64,000 bases of DNA from an uncultured Gammaproteobacteria bacterium (GCA_963700045.1 CAVOWK010000032.1:113923-177922), one strand, 5' to 3'; shown: positions 24,361 through 35,091, counted from the stretch's first letter. Translations and numbers: made by a program. Notes: a model not told the origin generated them from the sequence alone.

Positions 24361-27300
24361 AAATCGCGCGAGGCCGAGCGTAACCGGCCGAGCCAGCGGC
24401 TCAGGTCGACGAGCCGGTGCGCGATCACGTGCATCACCTCTCCTTCCCGTTGCAGCCTGCCGGCCAGGCCCAGCAGGCGTGAGCCGATCAAGGCCTGGCG
24501 TTGCCGTTCGGCCACGTCGCGCCAGACGATCAGGTTGATCGAGCCATGCTCGTCCTCGAGCGTCACGAACGTGACGCCTTCGGCGCTGCCCGGCCGCTGT
24601 CGCGTGATGACGAGGCCCGCGGTGCGCACGTTCGAGCCGTTCGTCAGCGAACGCAGCCGCGCGGAATCGACGAAACCGCGGGCACCGAGCTGGTCGCGCA
24701 GCACTGCGATCGGGTGACGCCGCAGCGTGAGGCCCGTATGCGCGTAATCGGCCACGATGTCTTCGCCTTCGCGGGGCGCGCGCAACAGCGGGATTCCTTC
24801 GGCGATGCGCACCTCGGGCAGGATGGGCAGCGGGCCCTCGAGGCCGGCCACCTGCCAGGCCGCGCGGTGACGGTGCCCGCCGAGACCCGCCAGCGCGCCC
24901 GCCGCCGCCAGGCAGCCCATCGAACGACGATCGAGGCTGGCCTGCTCAGCCAGTTGCTGCGCGCTCTCGAACGCAACGCCCTGCCTGCGCGCGCGCGCAT
25001 CGACCAGCCGCTGCGCCGCCTCCTCCGCCAACCCCTTCACCAGCCGCAGGCCGAGCCGCAGCGCGGGATCGGGCGAATCGTCGGCGCGGTGCTCCAGCGT
25101 GCAGTCCCAGTCGCTGGTGCGCACGTCGATCGGGCGCACCTCGACGCCGTGGCGCTGCGCGTCCTGCACGATCTGCGACGGCGCATAAAAGCCCATCGGC
25201 TGGCTGTTGATGAGCGCGGCCGCGAAGGCCGCGGGCTCGTGCCGCTTGAGCCACGCCGAGACGTACACGAGCAGCGCGAAGCTGGCCGCGTGCGACTCCG
25301 GGAAGCCGTATTCGCCGAAACCGAGGATCTGCTGGAAGATGCGCCGCGCGAACTCCTCGGAGTAACCGCGCTCGCGCATGCCGTGGATCAGCCGCTCCTC
25401 GAAGTGCCCGAGGCCGCCCTTGCGCTTCCACGCCGCCATGGCGCGCCGCAACTGGTCCGCTTCGCCCGGCGTGAATCCCGCCGCGACGATCGCGAGCTGC
25501 ATCACCTGCTCCTGGAAGATCGGCACGCCGAGCGTGCGCTTCAGCACGCCCTCCACCTCTGCGCTGGGATACGTGACCGCCTCCTCGCCCGCGCGCCGGC
25601 GCAGGTAGGGATGCACCATGTCGCCCTGGATCGGGCCGGGCCGGATGATCGCGACTTCGATGACGAGGTCGTAGTACGAGCGGGGCCGCAGCCGCGGCAG
25701 CATCGCCATCTGCGCGCGCGACTCGATCTGGAACACGCCCACGGTGTCGGCGTGGCCGATCATGTCGTAGACCGCCGGGTCTTCGGCGGGCACGGTCGCG
25801 AGTGTCCAGCGCTGGCCGCGGCAGCCGTGCACGAGGTCGAACGCGCGGCGGATCGCGGCGAGCATGCCGAGCCCGAGCACGTCGACCTTGAGCAGGCCGA
25901 GCGCGTCGAGGTCGTCCTTGTCCCACTGGATCACGGTGCGGTCGGGCATCGAGGCGTTCTCGACGGGCACGAGTTCTTCGAGCAGGTCGCGCGCGATGAC
26001 GAACCCGCCGACGTGCTGCGAGAGGTGGCGCGGGAACCCGAGCACGGTCCGTGCGAGGGTCAATACCCTTGCGAGCACAGGGCTGTCGGGATCAAGGCCT
26101 GCTTCACGCACCCGGGTTTCGTCGATGCGCGAGCCGTCCCACCACTGCATCGAGCGCGCGAGCGCCGCGACCTGCAGCGGGTCGAGTCCCATCGCCTTCG
26201 CCACGTCGCGCAGCGCGCTGCGCGGCCGGTAGCTGATGACCGTTGCAGTCAGCGCAGCCCGCTCGCGGCCGTACTTTGCGTAGATGTACTGGATGACTTC
26301 TTCACGCCGCTCGTGCTCGAAGTCGACGTCGATGTCCGGCGGTTCGTTGCGCTCCCTGGAAATGAAGCGCTCGAACAGCAGCGACATGCGCGCGGGATCG
26401 ACCTCGGTGATGCCGAGACAGAAGCACACCGCCGAGTTGGCTGCCGAGCCGCGGCCCTGGCAGAGAATGTGCCGCGAGCGGGCGAACCGCACGATGTCGT
26501 GCACGGTGAGGAAGTACGGCTCGTACTCGAGCTCGGCGATCAGCGCGAGCTCGTGCTCGATCGCCTGTCGCGTCGGGGCAGGCACGCCTTCCGGCCAGCG
26601 GTGACTTGCGCCCTCCTCCGTGAGGCGCCGCAACCACGCGGCCGGCGTGTAACCTTCCGGCACGATCTCGCGCGGATATTCGTAACGCAGCTCGTCGAGC
26701 GAGAACGTGCAGCGCGAGGCGATCTCCACCGCAGCGGCGAGCAGCTCGGGCGGATGCAGCTCCGCGATGCGCTGGATCGGGCGCAGGTGACGTTCGCCGT
26801 TCGGAAACAGCGCGAGCCCCGCCTGCTCGACCGTGGTGCCGATGCGCGTCGCGGTGAGCACGTCCTGCAGCGCGCGGCGGCCGCGCGAGTGCATGTGCAC
26901 GTCCCCGGCGGCGACGAGCGGCAGTTCGAGTTCGCGGCCGAGGCTCTGCAATTGCTCGAGTCGCCTGCGATCACGTCCGGTCGTCAGCAGTTCGACCGCG
27001 ATCCAGAGCTGGCCGGGAAAGAGCGTGGCGAGCCAGCGTGCTGCGGCAGCGTCGGGTTGCGTTGCGGGCAGCCACAGGCACAGCAAAGGGGTTAGGGGAT
27101 AGGGGTTAGGGGTTAGTCGGAAGTTGCTGGCAACGCCAGCTTCGTCACTAACCCCTAACCCCCAACCCCTATCCCCTGCCGCGATTTCTTCGAAATCATG
27201 GCGGCACAGCCGGTATTCGCCCTTCTTCGCGGCGCGTCGCCCGCGAGTGATCAGCCGGCAGAGACGACCGTACCCCGCGCGATCCCGCGCGAGCAGCACG

Positions 27301-27521
27301 CAACGCAGGCCGTCCTCGAGACGAAACTCCGCACCGACAATGAGCTTGAGGCCGTGCTCGCGGGCAGCGACATGCGCCCGCACGACGCCGGCCACCGAGC
27401 ACTCGTCGGTGATCGCAAGCGCGGCATACCCGAGCTTCGCCGCGCGCTCGACCAGTTCCTCTGGACGCGAGGCGCCGCGCAGGAAACTGAAGTTGGAAAG
27501 ACAATGCAGTTCGGCGTACAC
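24354..27521 (-). CDS. dnaE2: error-prone DNA polymerase DnaE2 (ImuC)
   Basis: 1055 aa. PHP N-terminus [18 protein letters not shown] and full-length pol III alpha-like similarity, last gene of the imuA-imuB cassette. Confidence 0.95.
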   Translation of the reverse strand: MYAELHCLSNFSFLRGASRPEELVERAAKLGYAALAITDECSVAGVVRAHVAAREHGLKLIVGAEFRLEDGLRCVLLARDRAGYGRLCRLITRGRRAAKKGEYRLCRHDFEEIAAGDRGWGLGVSDEAGVASNFRLTPNPYPLTPLLCLWLPATQPDAAAARWLATLFPGQLWIAVELLTTGRDRRRLEQLQSLGRELELPLVAAGDVHMHSRGRRALQDVLTATRIGTTVEQAGLALFPNGERHLRPIQRIAELHPPELLAAAVEIASRCTFSLDELRYEYPREIVPEGYTPAAWLRRLTEEGASHRWPEGVPAPTRQAIEHELALIAELEYEPYFLTVHDIVRFARSRHILCQGRGSAANSAVCFCLGITEVDPARMSLLFERFISRERNEPPDIDVDFEHERREEVIQYIYAKYGRERAALTATVISYRPRSALRDVAKAMGLDPLQVAALARSMQWWDGSRIDETRVREAGLDPDSPVLARVLTLARTVLGFPRHLSQHVGGFVIARDLLEELVPVENASMPDRTVIQWDKDDLDALGLLKVDVLGLGMLAAIRRAFDLVHGCRGQRWTLATVPAEDPAVYDMIGHADTVGVFQIESRAQMAMLPRLRPRSYYDLVIEVAIIRPGPIQGDMVHPYLRRRAGEEAVTYPSAEVEGVLKRTLGVPIFQEQVMQLAIVAAGFTPGEADQLRRAMAAWKRKGGLGHFEERLIHGMRERGYSEEFARRIFQQILGFGEYGFPESHAASFALLVYVSAWLKRHEPAAFAAALINSQPMGFYAPSQIVQDAQRHGVEVRPIDVRTSDWDCTLEHRADDSPDPALRLGLRLVKGLAEEAAQRLVDARARRQGVAFESAQQLAEQASLDRRSMGCLAAAGALAGLGGHRHRAAWQVAGLEGPLPILPEVRIAEGIPLLRAPREGEDIVADYAHTGLTLRRHPIAVLRDQLGARGFVDSARLRSLTNGSNVRTAGLVITRQRPGSAEGVTFVTLEDEHGSINLIVWRDVAERQRQALIGSRLLGLAGRLQREGEVMHVIAHRLVDLSRWLGRLRSASRDFH
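27088..27176. repeat. 89-nt G-rich imperfect palindrome in frame inside dnaE2
   Basis: Arms 27088-27117 and 27147-27176 are 27 of 30 nt complementary and are built of GGGGTTA/GGGGATA units. The 29-nt spacer itself folds (GCTGG/CCAGC). It encodes ...[27 protein letters not shown]... Confidence 0.75.
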
Positions 27522-27578
27522 GGCAATCGCGTCGAGCCTGGCTCAGTGCGACGCGCGGCAGGCTGGCGGACCGGCGAG

Positions 27579-29233
27579 TCACGCGAACCAGCCGTGCAGG
27601 AACCAGCGGGCGCCTGCGGTCGTCTCGCGGCGCTTGCGGAACACCCACAACCGGGCGCCCTGCGCATTGCGGGCGATGTAGTAATCACGCGCGACGTCGT
27701 GACCGTCCCACCAGCCGGATTCGATGCACTCGGGGCCTTCTTCGAGAACGAGCCGGTCAACATCGCAGGGCTCGGGCCGGTCGAGCAGCCAGAGCGGCCG
27801 GCCCGTCGCCCGGCCTTGCGGCCGACTCTCCCATCGAAATGGGAGAGGCACGGAGGGGGACTCTCGTTCGGTGCGGCACTGCGTGACGGCGCTTGCTTCC
27901 GTGCCCTGGGTTTCGTCGCCGCCGGCTCGACGGCGCGCCACGCCGCCTCGGGTCGATGCTCGGGCACGCAGGCGAGTCCGTGCACGGCATCGTTGCCGAG
28001 CCGCGCACGCAGCCGCTCGACGAGCTGCGGCAGGTTCCCGCCGGATTCGCGCCGGTCATGCGCAAACAACTCGATCGCATCGGCCTGCAGGTCGATGAGC
28101 GGGCCGCTCAGCAGGCGCACGTTGCGCACGGGTTGCGGCAGCACGAGCTGCGCAAGACGCTCGCGCAGCAGCTCCGCCATGTGCCGCGGCTGCGCACCGA
28201 CCGGCTGCACGAAACGCAACCGCACGCGCGTGACCGGGGCAGCACGATGACGCAGCTGCACTTCGATCGCCTGCACGCCACGGCCACGCTCGCGCAGGAA
28301 CTGGCACAGTTCTTCGAGCAGGGGGGCGAGCGCCAGGCCGAGCCGTGCGGTATCGGCGATTTCGGGTTCGAGGTCGCGCCGCGCGGCAAAGCGTTCGCTT
28401 GCGGCATACGCCGCGCGCGGCTCCTGCACACGACCCGTGGCGCGATCGAGCGTGGCAAGCAGCTCCTGGCCGAAGCGGCGCGCGAAGCCATCGCGCGGCA
28501 GGCGCAGGCAGTCGCCCACGGTGCGCACGCCCATGGTGCCGAGCGTCTCGATGCTGCGTTCGGGCCACCGGGTGCAATCGAGCGGCAGCGGCGCAAGCCG
28601 CGCAGCCAGTTCGTCCCGGTTGCGTACGAACACGGGTCGCGCGCCGAGCGGACCCGCGCGCGCGAACCACAGCGATGCCAGCGGCGACGGCGTGATCGCA
28701 AAGCGAGCCGTCGCGCCCGTGGCATCGGCGAGTTCCTGCTGCAATCGCAGGCACAGCTGCCTGGCGCCGCCAAACAGCCGCAGGCTGCCACGCACCTCGA
28801 GCAGTACGCCGTCGGGCGGCTCGAGGCTGACCCGCGGCGTGAATCGCACGCCGCGCTGCGCCACCGCCTCGAGCAACTGGCGTTCGCGCCGTGCATCGCG
28901 CGCCAGCGCATGCAAGCCCGGCACGAGTGCGAGCGCTGCGTTGATCGACATTCCCTCGCGCACGCCTGCGGCGTGCACGGCTTCTGCGCAGGCGCGCACG
29001 ACCTTGCCGTTGCGCTCGAGGTCGACGATGGCGACAGGCGGACGACCCGGCAGGGCAAGCGCCACGTCGCGCAGCGAATCGAGCAGCAATGACGGCAGGT
29101 GAATGGCGAGCCAGAGTTCACGCGGGCGCGATTGCGCGAGCGGTGTGCGGCCCGGAACGGAAAGCGAAGACGGACGAAATGCCGGCGTGACCCGCACACG
29201 GTGGGGAGACGGGGGCCTGGCGAGCGGAGCCAT
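27579..29233 (-). pseudogene. imuB: Y-family polymerase-like protein ImuB, apparent frameshift in a G5/C5 run at 27855-27859
   Basis: ELWLAIHLPSLLLDSL N-terminus. The true C-terminus (LWLLDRPEP...ESGWWDG...ARDYY...WFLHGWFA) is in the frame of ORF 27579-27941. The long tail of the track ORF overlapping dnaE2 is out of frame. Confidence 0.85.
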
Positions 29234-29234
29234 C

Positions 29235-29942
29235 TCAGTGCCCCAGGTTCACCGTGGCAGGACGGCCTCCGCGGCTTTTGACGATGCGCACCTGCAGGCC
29301 TTCGGTGCCGCCCCCGAGCAGTGCGAGCCGCAACACGGCAGGCGAAGGGGTAAGCCCCGCCTGCAGCGGGCGATACAGCACCGCAAGGCTGCGTGACGCT
29401 TCTGCCGCCAGCTGCAACCGCCGCAAGGCCTGCGGATCGCGGGGATTGAACCAGCCGAGCACGGCGCTGCAAGACTCCGAGCGCAGCGCCTGGTCCATCG
29501 CCCACTCAGTGGCACCTGCGCCGTTGACGACGAGCATGCGCCCGACATCGATGCCCCACGCCGCGAGCGCCGGTGCATACGGGCGATACGGCGGCGAGAC
29601 CCAGGCGATCCAACCCCCGCTGCCCCGGTCATGCGATGGCATGGCAGACCCCGCATGATCGGGGCGCGGTGGCGGATAAATCTCGTCGGCTGCGCCTGCG
29701 TCCCTGCAAAGCGCAGCGAGCGCGGGGAGCAGCAACCGGAGTTCGCCGATGCCCCGCTGATCGGACAGGATTTCGATGAGACCCTGCCGCGGCCAGCCGG
29801 TGCCCGGGAGGCAACGGTCGAGCGCAGCGTAGCCCGTGGGCAGTCCTGAAGGCACGGCCGCAGCCGCGCTACTGCCCGTTTCCCGCGCACGCCACAGACG
29901 CGCGGAATTCTGTTGCAGCAGTTGTTCGACGGAAACGCTCAT
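29235..29942 (-). CDS. imuA: translesion-synthesis protein ImuA (RecA/SulA-like)
   Basis: 235 aa with PTGYAALDRCLPGTGWPRQGLIEIL, positioned between lexA and imuB. Confidence 0.8.
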   Translation of the reverse strand: MSVSVEQLLQQNSARLWRARETGSSAAAAVPSGLPTGYAALDRCLPGTGWPRQGLIEILSDQRGIGELRLLLPALAALCRDAGAADEIYPPPRPDHAGSAMPSHDRGSGGWIAWVSPPYRPYAPALAAWGIDVGRMLVVNGAGATEWAMDQALRSESCSAVLGWFNPRDPQALRRLQLAAEASRSLAVLYRPLQAGLTPSPAVLRLALLGGGTEGLQVRIVKSRGGRPATVNLGH

Positions 29943-29985
29943 GGTCGCTGGTGGATCGCTGGCCAGCAGAAATATCAGGGAGCAG

Positions 29986-30606
29986 TCAGGACAATCGGTG
30001 CGTGTCCTGCCGCACCACGCCGACGACGAGGCCTTCGATGGTGAGCGACTGCTCGCGCAGGTCGATACGCAGGGGTTCGAAGTCTTCGTTCTCGGGCAGC
30101 AGCCAGGCGATCGAGCCGTCCTGCCGGTAGCGTTTCACGGTGACCTCGTTCTCGAGGCGCGCGACGACTATCTGGCGGTTGCGGACTTCGGGCGTGCGGT
30201 GGACTGCGACGAGATCGCCGTCGAGGATGCCGACGTTGCGCATGCTCATGCCTTTGACCTTGAGCAGGTAATGCGGCCGCGGCTGGAAGAGCGCCGGGTC
30301 GATCTGGTAGCGCGCTTCGATATTCTCTTCGGCCAGGATGGGCCGGCCGGCGGCGACCCGGCCGATCAACGGCAGGCCGATCTGGTCACGCAGGGAATCC
30401 TTGAGCTGAATGCCGCGGGAGGCCCCGGGGCGCAGTTCGATGACGCCTTTGCGCTGCAGGGCGCGCAGATGTTCTTCGGCCGCGTTCGCGGACTTGAAGC
30501 CCAGGGCTTCGGCGATTTCGGCCCGCGTGGGGGGCAGGCCCTGTTCGGCCAGGCTGTCCTGGATGAACATAAGCACCTGGCGTTGGCGCGGTGTCAGGTC
30601 TTCCAT
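29986..30606 (-). CDS. lexA: LexA repressor
   Basis: 206 aa: wHTH N-terminus, AG cleavage site (VAAGRP), S24 peptidase Ser/Lys (GMSM ... KRY). Confidence 0.95.
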   Translation of the reverse strand: MEDLTPRQRQVLMFIQDSLAEQGLPPTRAEIAEALGFKSANAAEEHLRALQRKGVIELRPGASRGIQLKDSLRDQIGLPLIGRVAAGRPILAEENIEARYQIDPALFQPRPHYLLKVKGMSMRNVGILDGDLVAVHRTPEVRNRQIVVARLENEVTVKRYRQDGSIAWLLPENEDFEPLRIDLREQSLTIEGLVVGVVRQDTHRLS

Positions 30607-30619
30607 CGGTCGTCCCTCC

Positions 30620-30635
30620 CTGTATACCCATACAG
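30620..30635. promoter_or_regulatory. SOS box 1 (CTGT-N8-ACAG)
   Basis: CTGTATACCCATACAG, 14 nt upstream of the lexA start. Confidence 0.8.
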
Positions 30636-30638
30636 TTA

Positions 30639-30654
30639 CTGTTTATATATACAG
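30639..30654. promoter_or_regulatory. SOS box 2 (CTGT-N8-ACAG)
   Basis: CTGTTTATATATACAG, 3 nt from box 1. The AT-rich core could overlap a -10 element. Confidence 0.8.
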
Positions 30655-31010
30655 CTCCACCTGTCTGTTGGCAAGCGGGAGGAAAAAGTTTATTGGGCAA
30701 AGACCGACACCCCGGGCAAGGCGGCCACACCACACTCTTGCACGAACTCCGGCAACCGCGTCCTGCGGCGAATGCCGGGAAATCCAGAGCCAACTGCAAC
30801 GCTTGTCAGCGGCGGCACGCGGCCAGTGGCTGCTCCCCCGGTTGTCGAATGAGAACCCCTCGCATGCGACGTACAGCACAGTAATCTTTATCGTCGTTTT
30901 CGAATGAGTTAGTCTCTCGCTGTTCGGCTGCGCTGCGCACACGGAAGGGTGTCGTGGAGTTGCCGCCGCCACACTGCCTTGCCTGATTCAAAAACCGAGG
31001 AAGATCACCA

Positions 31011-31334
31011 ATGAAGACCGCTATCGCCAAGATCCTGACCGCCACTGCCGCCGCCGTCGTGCTCGCCGCCGCCACGGGCTGCGTCAGCCAGTCGAAGTTT
31101 GACGAGCATGTGGCCAGCGCCGATGCGGCCATCAAGGCTGCCGCTGCTGACGCCGCCGCCGCCAAGGCTTCTGCCGACGCCGCTGCCGCTTCGGCTTCGA
31201 GCGCCGCCAGCAACGCGAGCAGCGCGCAGAGCACGGCCAACCAGGCCCTGCAGGCCGCGCAGGCTTCGCAGTCCTGCTGCGACGCGACCAACGAGAAGAT
31301 CGATCGCGCGTTCAAGAAGTCGATGGGCAAGTAA
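31011..31334 (+). CDS. Lpp/OprI-type alanine-zipper lipoprotein
   Basis: Lipobox AATGC, an Ala-rich coiled coil and a C-terminal Lys (…KKSMGK), as in Braun-lipoprotein-like proteins. Confidence 0.75.
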   Translation: MKTAIAKILTATAAAVVLAAATGCVSQSKFDEHVASADAAIKAAAADAAAAKASADAAAASASSAASNASSAQSTANQALQAAQASQSCCDATNEKIDRAFKKSMGK

Positions 31335-31364
31335 TCGACTGACTCCATCGCTCTGCGATACGAA

Positions 31365-31396
31365 GACGCCGCGGACCTCCGCGGCGTTTTCTTTTC
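31365..31396 (+). terminator. rho-independent terminator after the lpp-like gene
   Basis: GC stem ACGCCGCGGA/TCCGCGGCGT followed by TTTTCTTTT. Confidence 0.65.
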
Positions 31397-31466
31397 AGCA
31401 GCGCTTGCGGGCCAGCCAGTGCGGGCAGCGTTGCACTGACATGGCGGCAGATCGCCGAGCGTTGGG

Positions 31467-32489
31467 TTACGGAACCGGAACGTGTGCCGCATCCGCGACT
31501 GGCGCGGGCACGGATTCCGGCGATGGGGCTGGCGCACGCGAGAAATTGCGCTCGCCGACTCGCACCGGCACGCCCGACGCCTGCTGGAAAGCGAGCCGTG
31601 CCGTGTCCCAGTCGATCGAGACATCGACGCCTGCCGTGGCGGCCCTCACCACCCGGTCGAGTTCAGCTGGATCCATGTGCGCAGGATTGTCCGTGCCTTC
31701 CAGCGGCGCCTGGCGCTCGATGAACAGCGTGCCGCGCGACCAACCGACTTTCGTCGTCTGGTCGATCAGGTTCACCTTCGTGTTGACCGGGATCATCGTG
31801 TAGAACTCGGCGATGTCCTCCGGGAACATGCGGATGCAGCCGTGCGTAACCTGCATGCCGACGCCTGCGGGACGGTTCGTGCCGTGGATCAGGTACGAGC
31901 CGCCGGGGATGCCGAGCCGCAAGGCATACTCGCCGAGCGGGTTGTCCGGACCCGGCGGAATGAATGGCGGCAACGGATCGCCCTTCGCCTCGTGCTCGAG
32001 CCGGACCGACTTCGGCGGATACCAGTTGGGGCGCTCCTGCTTCGATGCGACCTTGGTGGCCCCAAGCGGCGTTTTCCAGTCCATCTTGCCGGTGCTGATC
32101 GGGTACGTGCGCACGACGCGAGGCTGACCCGGTTGCGTGGGCGGATAGTAGTAAAGACGGTGCTCGGGCAGGTTGACCACGATCCCCTCGCGCGGGGCAT
32201 CCGGCAGCAGGAATCGGCCTGGAATCACGATCTCGGTGCCCGCCCCGGGCAGCCACGGGTCGATACCGGGGTTCGCCGCGATGATTTCCTCGTACCCGAC
32301 ACCATAGCGCCGGCCGATGTCGAGCAGCGTGTCCTCGTGCTCGGCGACGGCAATGCTGACCGCGCCGATCACGTTGTCGCCATTGAGCGGCAACAGGAAT
32401 TCGCCTGCCCGGACGTCATTGGCGACGAACGGTGCGAACGCTGCGACCAGCGCCGCGGCGAACCACTGGCCGACACGGATATCCTGCAT
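31467..32489 (-). CDS. L,D-transpeptidase (YkuD/ErfK family) with LysM domain
   Basis: Signal peptide, LysM-like segment (EHEDTLLDIGRRYGVGYEEIIAANP) and catalytic motif YLIHGTN...THGCIRM. Confidence 0.87.
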   Translation of the reverse strand: MQDIRVGQWFAAALVAAFAPFVANDVRAGEFLLPLNGDNVIGAVSIAVAEHEDTLLDIGRRYGVGYEEIIAANPGIDPWLPGAGTEIVIPGRFLLPDAPREGIVVNLPEHRLYYYPPTQPGQPRVVRTYPISTGKMDWKTPLGATKVASKQERPNWYPPKSVRLEHEAKGDPLPPFIPPGPDNPLGEYALRLGIPGGSYLIHGTNRPAGVGMQVTHGCIRMFPEDIAEFYTMIPVNTKVNLIDQTTKVGWSRGTLFIERQAPLEGTDNPAHMDPAELDRVVRAATAGVDVSIDWDTARLAFQQASGVPVRVGERNFSRAPAPSPESVPAPVADAAHVPVP

Positions 32490-32608
32490 GCAACCTTCCT
32501 TCCATTGCCTGCATCTATTCTAACGTCATGGCGACGATCCACACGCTGCCCGCACGCATTGACCCGACCACGGCACCGCCCGTAGCCTTGCGGCCGCGAG
32601 GGACCCCC

Positions 32609-33136
32609 ATGCCTTACAAGCTGACGATCGAGCTCTCCGACCGCGATTTGCGCCATTTTCGCCGGGAATTGAACAAGGCGCGCGATTCGGTCCGGATCGC
32701 AGACGACGAGGAAATCCTCGGCGCGGCGGCCGACATGGTGAAAGCCATGAAAGGCACCGAACTGCCCGACTTCGTGGCCGAACGGCTCGAGCAGCTCGAC
32801 ACCCTGATTGCCATGGTCACCGACGAGGACTGGCCGCTGGACGACGATGAGCGGAACCCGGTGCTGTCGGGGCTTGCCTACCTGTGCGACCCGGAGGACC
32901 TGATTCCCGACGACATCCCGGGCATCGGCATGCTCGACGACGCCGTGATGATCGAACTCGTCTTCCGTGAACTCCGGCACGAACTCGAGGCGTACGAAGA
33001 TTTCCGTGCCTACCGCGAATCGCTGACGAAAGGCTCGGTGCTGCGCAAGGCAGCGCCGGGCGTCGCCGAGAAGATCGCCAGGCGGCGCGTACAGCTGATG
33101 GCGCGCATGCGGCGCCGGCGCAAGAGCAAGCAGTGA
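32609..33136 (+). CDS. DUF1232 (YkvA-like) domain protein
   Basis: DLIPDDIPGIGMLDDAVM motif. Start uncertain (ATG 32609 or 32528). Confidence 0.55.
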   Translation: MPYKLTIELSDRDLRHFRRELNKARDSVRIADDEEILGAAADMVKAMKGTELPDFVAERLEQLDTLIAMVTDEDWPLDDDERNPVLSGLAYLCDPEDLIPDDIPGIGMLDDAVMIELVFRELRHELEAYEDFRAYRESLTKGSVLRKAAPGVAEKIARRRVQLMARMRRRRKSKQ

Positions 33137-33210
33137 TGCGTGATCAGTGATCCGCCACCGGGATCACGGCGCGCTCCGGTTCCTGCCGAGCGGAATTCAC
33201 AAGCCCCCAA

Positions 33211-34239
33211 TCAGGGTGCAACAGTCTCGGGTTTCGCTGACACTCTCGCCAGCAGGTTGACGATCTGGTCCGGCACGCCGTTGCGCGCCTCCGTGACTGC
33301 TACGCGCACGGCATTGGCGAACGACATGCGGTCGGCGCCGCCGTGGCTCTTGATGACGACGCCCTTCAATCCGACCATGCTCGCGCCGTTGTAGACGCGC
33401 GGATCGAGTCGCTCCTTCAGCGCCTTGAGCGTCGGCGCCGCGGCGAGCGCGCCGATCTTGCGTACTGTATTGCGCGTGAACTCTTCCTTCATCGCACCGG
33501 TGATGAACTTCGCCAGGCCCTCCATCGACTTCAGCGCGACGTTGCCGGTGAAGCCGTCAGTGACGACGACGTCGATGTCGCCCGAGAAGATCTTGTCGCC
33601 TTCGACGAAGCCGATGTAGTTGAGCGCCGAGCCGGTGAGCCGCTTGTGCGCCGCCTTGATCTCTTCCGTGCCCTTGATGTCTTCCTCGCCGACGTTGAGC
33701 AGGCCCACGCGGGGGCGCTCGATGCCGTGCAGGTCGGACGCGATCACCGAGCCCATCACCGCGAACTGGACGAGGTGGTCGTCGTTGCAGTCGGGGTTGG
33801 CGCCGAGGTCGAGCATCACGGTGTAGCCGCCGGCCGAAGGCAGGGCCGAGACGATCGCGGGACGGTCGATGCCGGGCACCATCCCGAGCACGAAACGCGC
33901 AGTCGCGAGCAGTGCACCGGTGTTGCCCGCAGACACGCACGCGGCAGCCTCGCCTTTTTCGACGAGGTTGATCGCGATTCGCATCGAAGAGTTCTTCTTG
34001 CGGCGGAGCGCGTCCTGCGGACGCTCATCCATGGCGACGACTTCGGTCGCTTCGACGAAACGACAGCGGTCGTCGTCGAGGGCAGCGCCCAGCAATGGCA
34101 GCACGACTTCGCCGCGACCGACGATGATCAGTCGCAGGTCGGGCGTGGACGCGAGGACATCAAGTGCCGCGGGAACGGCGACTTCGGCGCCATGGTCTCC
34201 GCTCATCGCGTCCACGGCTACGGTCAGGCCGGCGATCAT
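33211..34239 (-). CDS. plsX: phosphate acyltransferase PlsX
   Basis: 342 aa, AVDAMSGDHG N-terminus, full-length PlsX similarity. Confidence 0.95.
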   Translation of the reverse strand: MIAGLTVAVDAMSGDHGAEVAVPAALDVLASTPDLRLIIVGRGEVVLPLLGAALDDDRCRFVEATEVVAMDERPQDALRRKKNSSMRIAINLVEKGEAAACVSAGNTGALLATARFVLGMVPGIDRPAIVSALPSAGGYTVMLDLGANPDCNDDHLVQFAVMGSVIASDLHGIERPRVGLLNVGEEDIKGTEEIKAAHKRLTGSALNYIGFVEGDKIFSGDIDVVVTDGFTGNVALKSMEGLAKFITGAMKEEFTRNTVRKIGALAAAPTLKALKERLDPRVYNGASMVGLKGVVIKSHGGADRMSFANAVRVAVTEARNGVPDQIVNLLARVSAKPETVAP

Positions 34240-34261
34240 GCGCGGGCCCGTCGGAACAGGA

Positions 34262-34456
34262 TTACTCCTGGCCTTCGTCGGCAGCCGGCTTCTCGATCAC
34301 CTTCTTGCCGCGGTAGAAACCGTCGGCGGTGATGCGGTGACGAAGATGGGTTTCGCCGCTGGTACGGTCAACCGACAGCGCGGGGCTGCTCAGGTGGTCG
34401 TGCGAACGATGCATGCCGCGCTTGGACGGGGTCTTGCGGCTTTTCTGGACTGCCAT
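34262..34456 (-). CDS. rpmF: 50S ribosomal protein L32
   Basis: [20 protein letters not shown]. Confidence 0.95.
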   Translation of the reverse strand: MAVQKSRKTPSKRGMHRSHDHLSSPALSVDRTSGETHLRHRITADGFYRGKKVIEKPAADEGQE

Positions 34457-34459
34457 GAT

Positions 34460-35032
34460 CTACTCTCCTGAAGCGGGACCGCGCTCGTTGTTCTTCTCGA
34501 GCAGCTCCCGCAGATTCGCAAAGGGCGTCTGTTTCTCATCCACCGCTGCCTCTTCAGCAGCGATCTCGACCACGGAAGCGGGCGCCAACGGCACCACTTC
34601 CGCCTCGGACGACAGGCACTCCGGGCTGCCTGCTTCGTGCGCGGGCACGAGCGGCAACGCGAGCAGCACCTGCTCTTCGACCAGCGCCGCAAGCGACAGT
34701 TGCTCCGGCGTTCCCACGAACGGCTCATAGCCGCCCGGCACGTCATCCAGCTCGTCGCGGACGATGGCGACCAGCGCCGATTCGTCCATCGCGATCGCGT
34801 AAGGCCGCAGGCAACGCTGGCATTGCAGCACTGCCGTGCCCTCGACGCGGACGTCGACCGTCGTCCGGCCTTCAAAGGCGCCGAAATGCAATCGCGCATC
34901 GATGCGAGTGCCGGGAAGGCCGCCCGCCTCCGCTACGCGCTCGAGCTGTGCCAGGTCGAAATGGCGCTCGAGAACGGCGGCTCGCGCCGACAGCTCCTTG
35001 GCGTTAACCTGATCGGCCGGGCCGGGCGACAT
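34460..35032 (-). CDS. yceD: YceD/DUF177 family protein
   Basis: 190 aa with the CQRCL... motif, directly upstream of rpmF as in E. coli. Confidence 0.85.
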   Translation of the reverse strand: MSPGPADQVNAKELSARAAVLERHFDLAQLERVAEAGGLPGTRIDARLHFGAFEGRTTVDVRVEGTAVLQCQRCLRPYAIAMDESALVAIVRDELDDVPGGYEPFVGTPEQLSLAALVEEQVLLALPLVPAHEAGSPECLSSEAEVVPLAPASVVEIAAEEAAVDEKQTPFANLRELLEKNNERGPASGE

Positions 35033-35091
35033 GGGGCGCGTATGATAGTGACGCTGCCCCGCCCTGTCAAAGAAAAAACGAGCCTAAATCT

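Noticed and set aside
27088-27176. TTAGGG-like repeats as a telomere or replicon end
   Set aside because: The repeats are internal to an intact coding frame, arranged as an inverted repeat, and flanked by ordinary chromosomal genes.
27251-27578. Long ImuB C-terminal tail overlapping dnaE2 by about 270 nt
   Set aside because: It is produced by the frameshift in the G5 run at 27855-27859. The conserved ImuB C-terminus (…WFLHGWFA) ends at 27579 in another frame.
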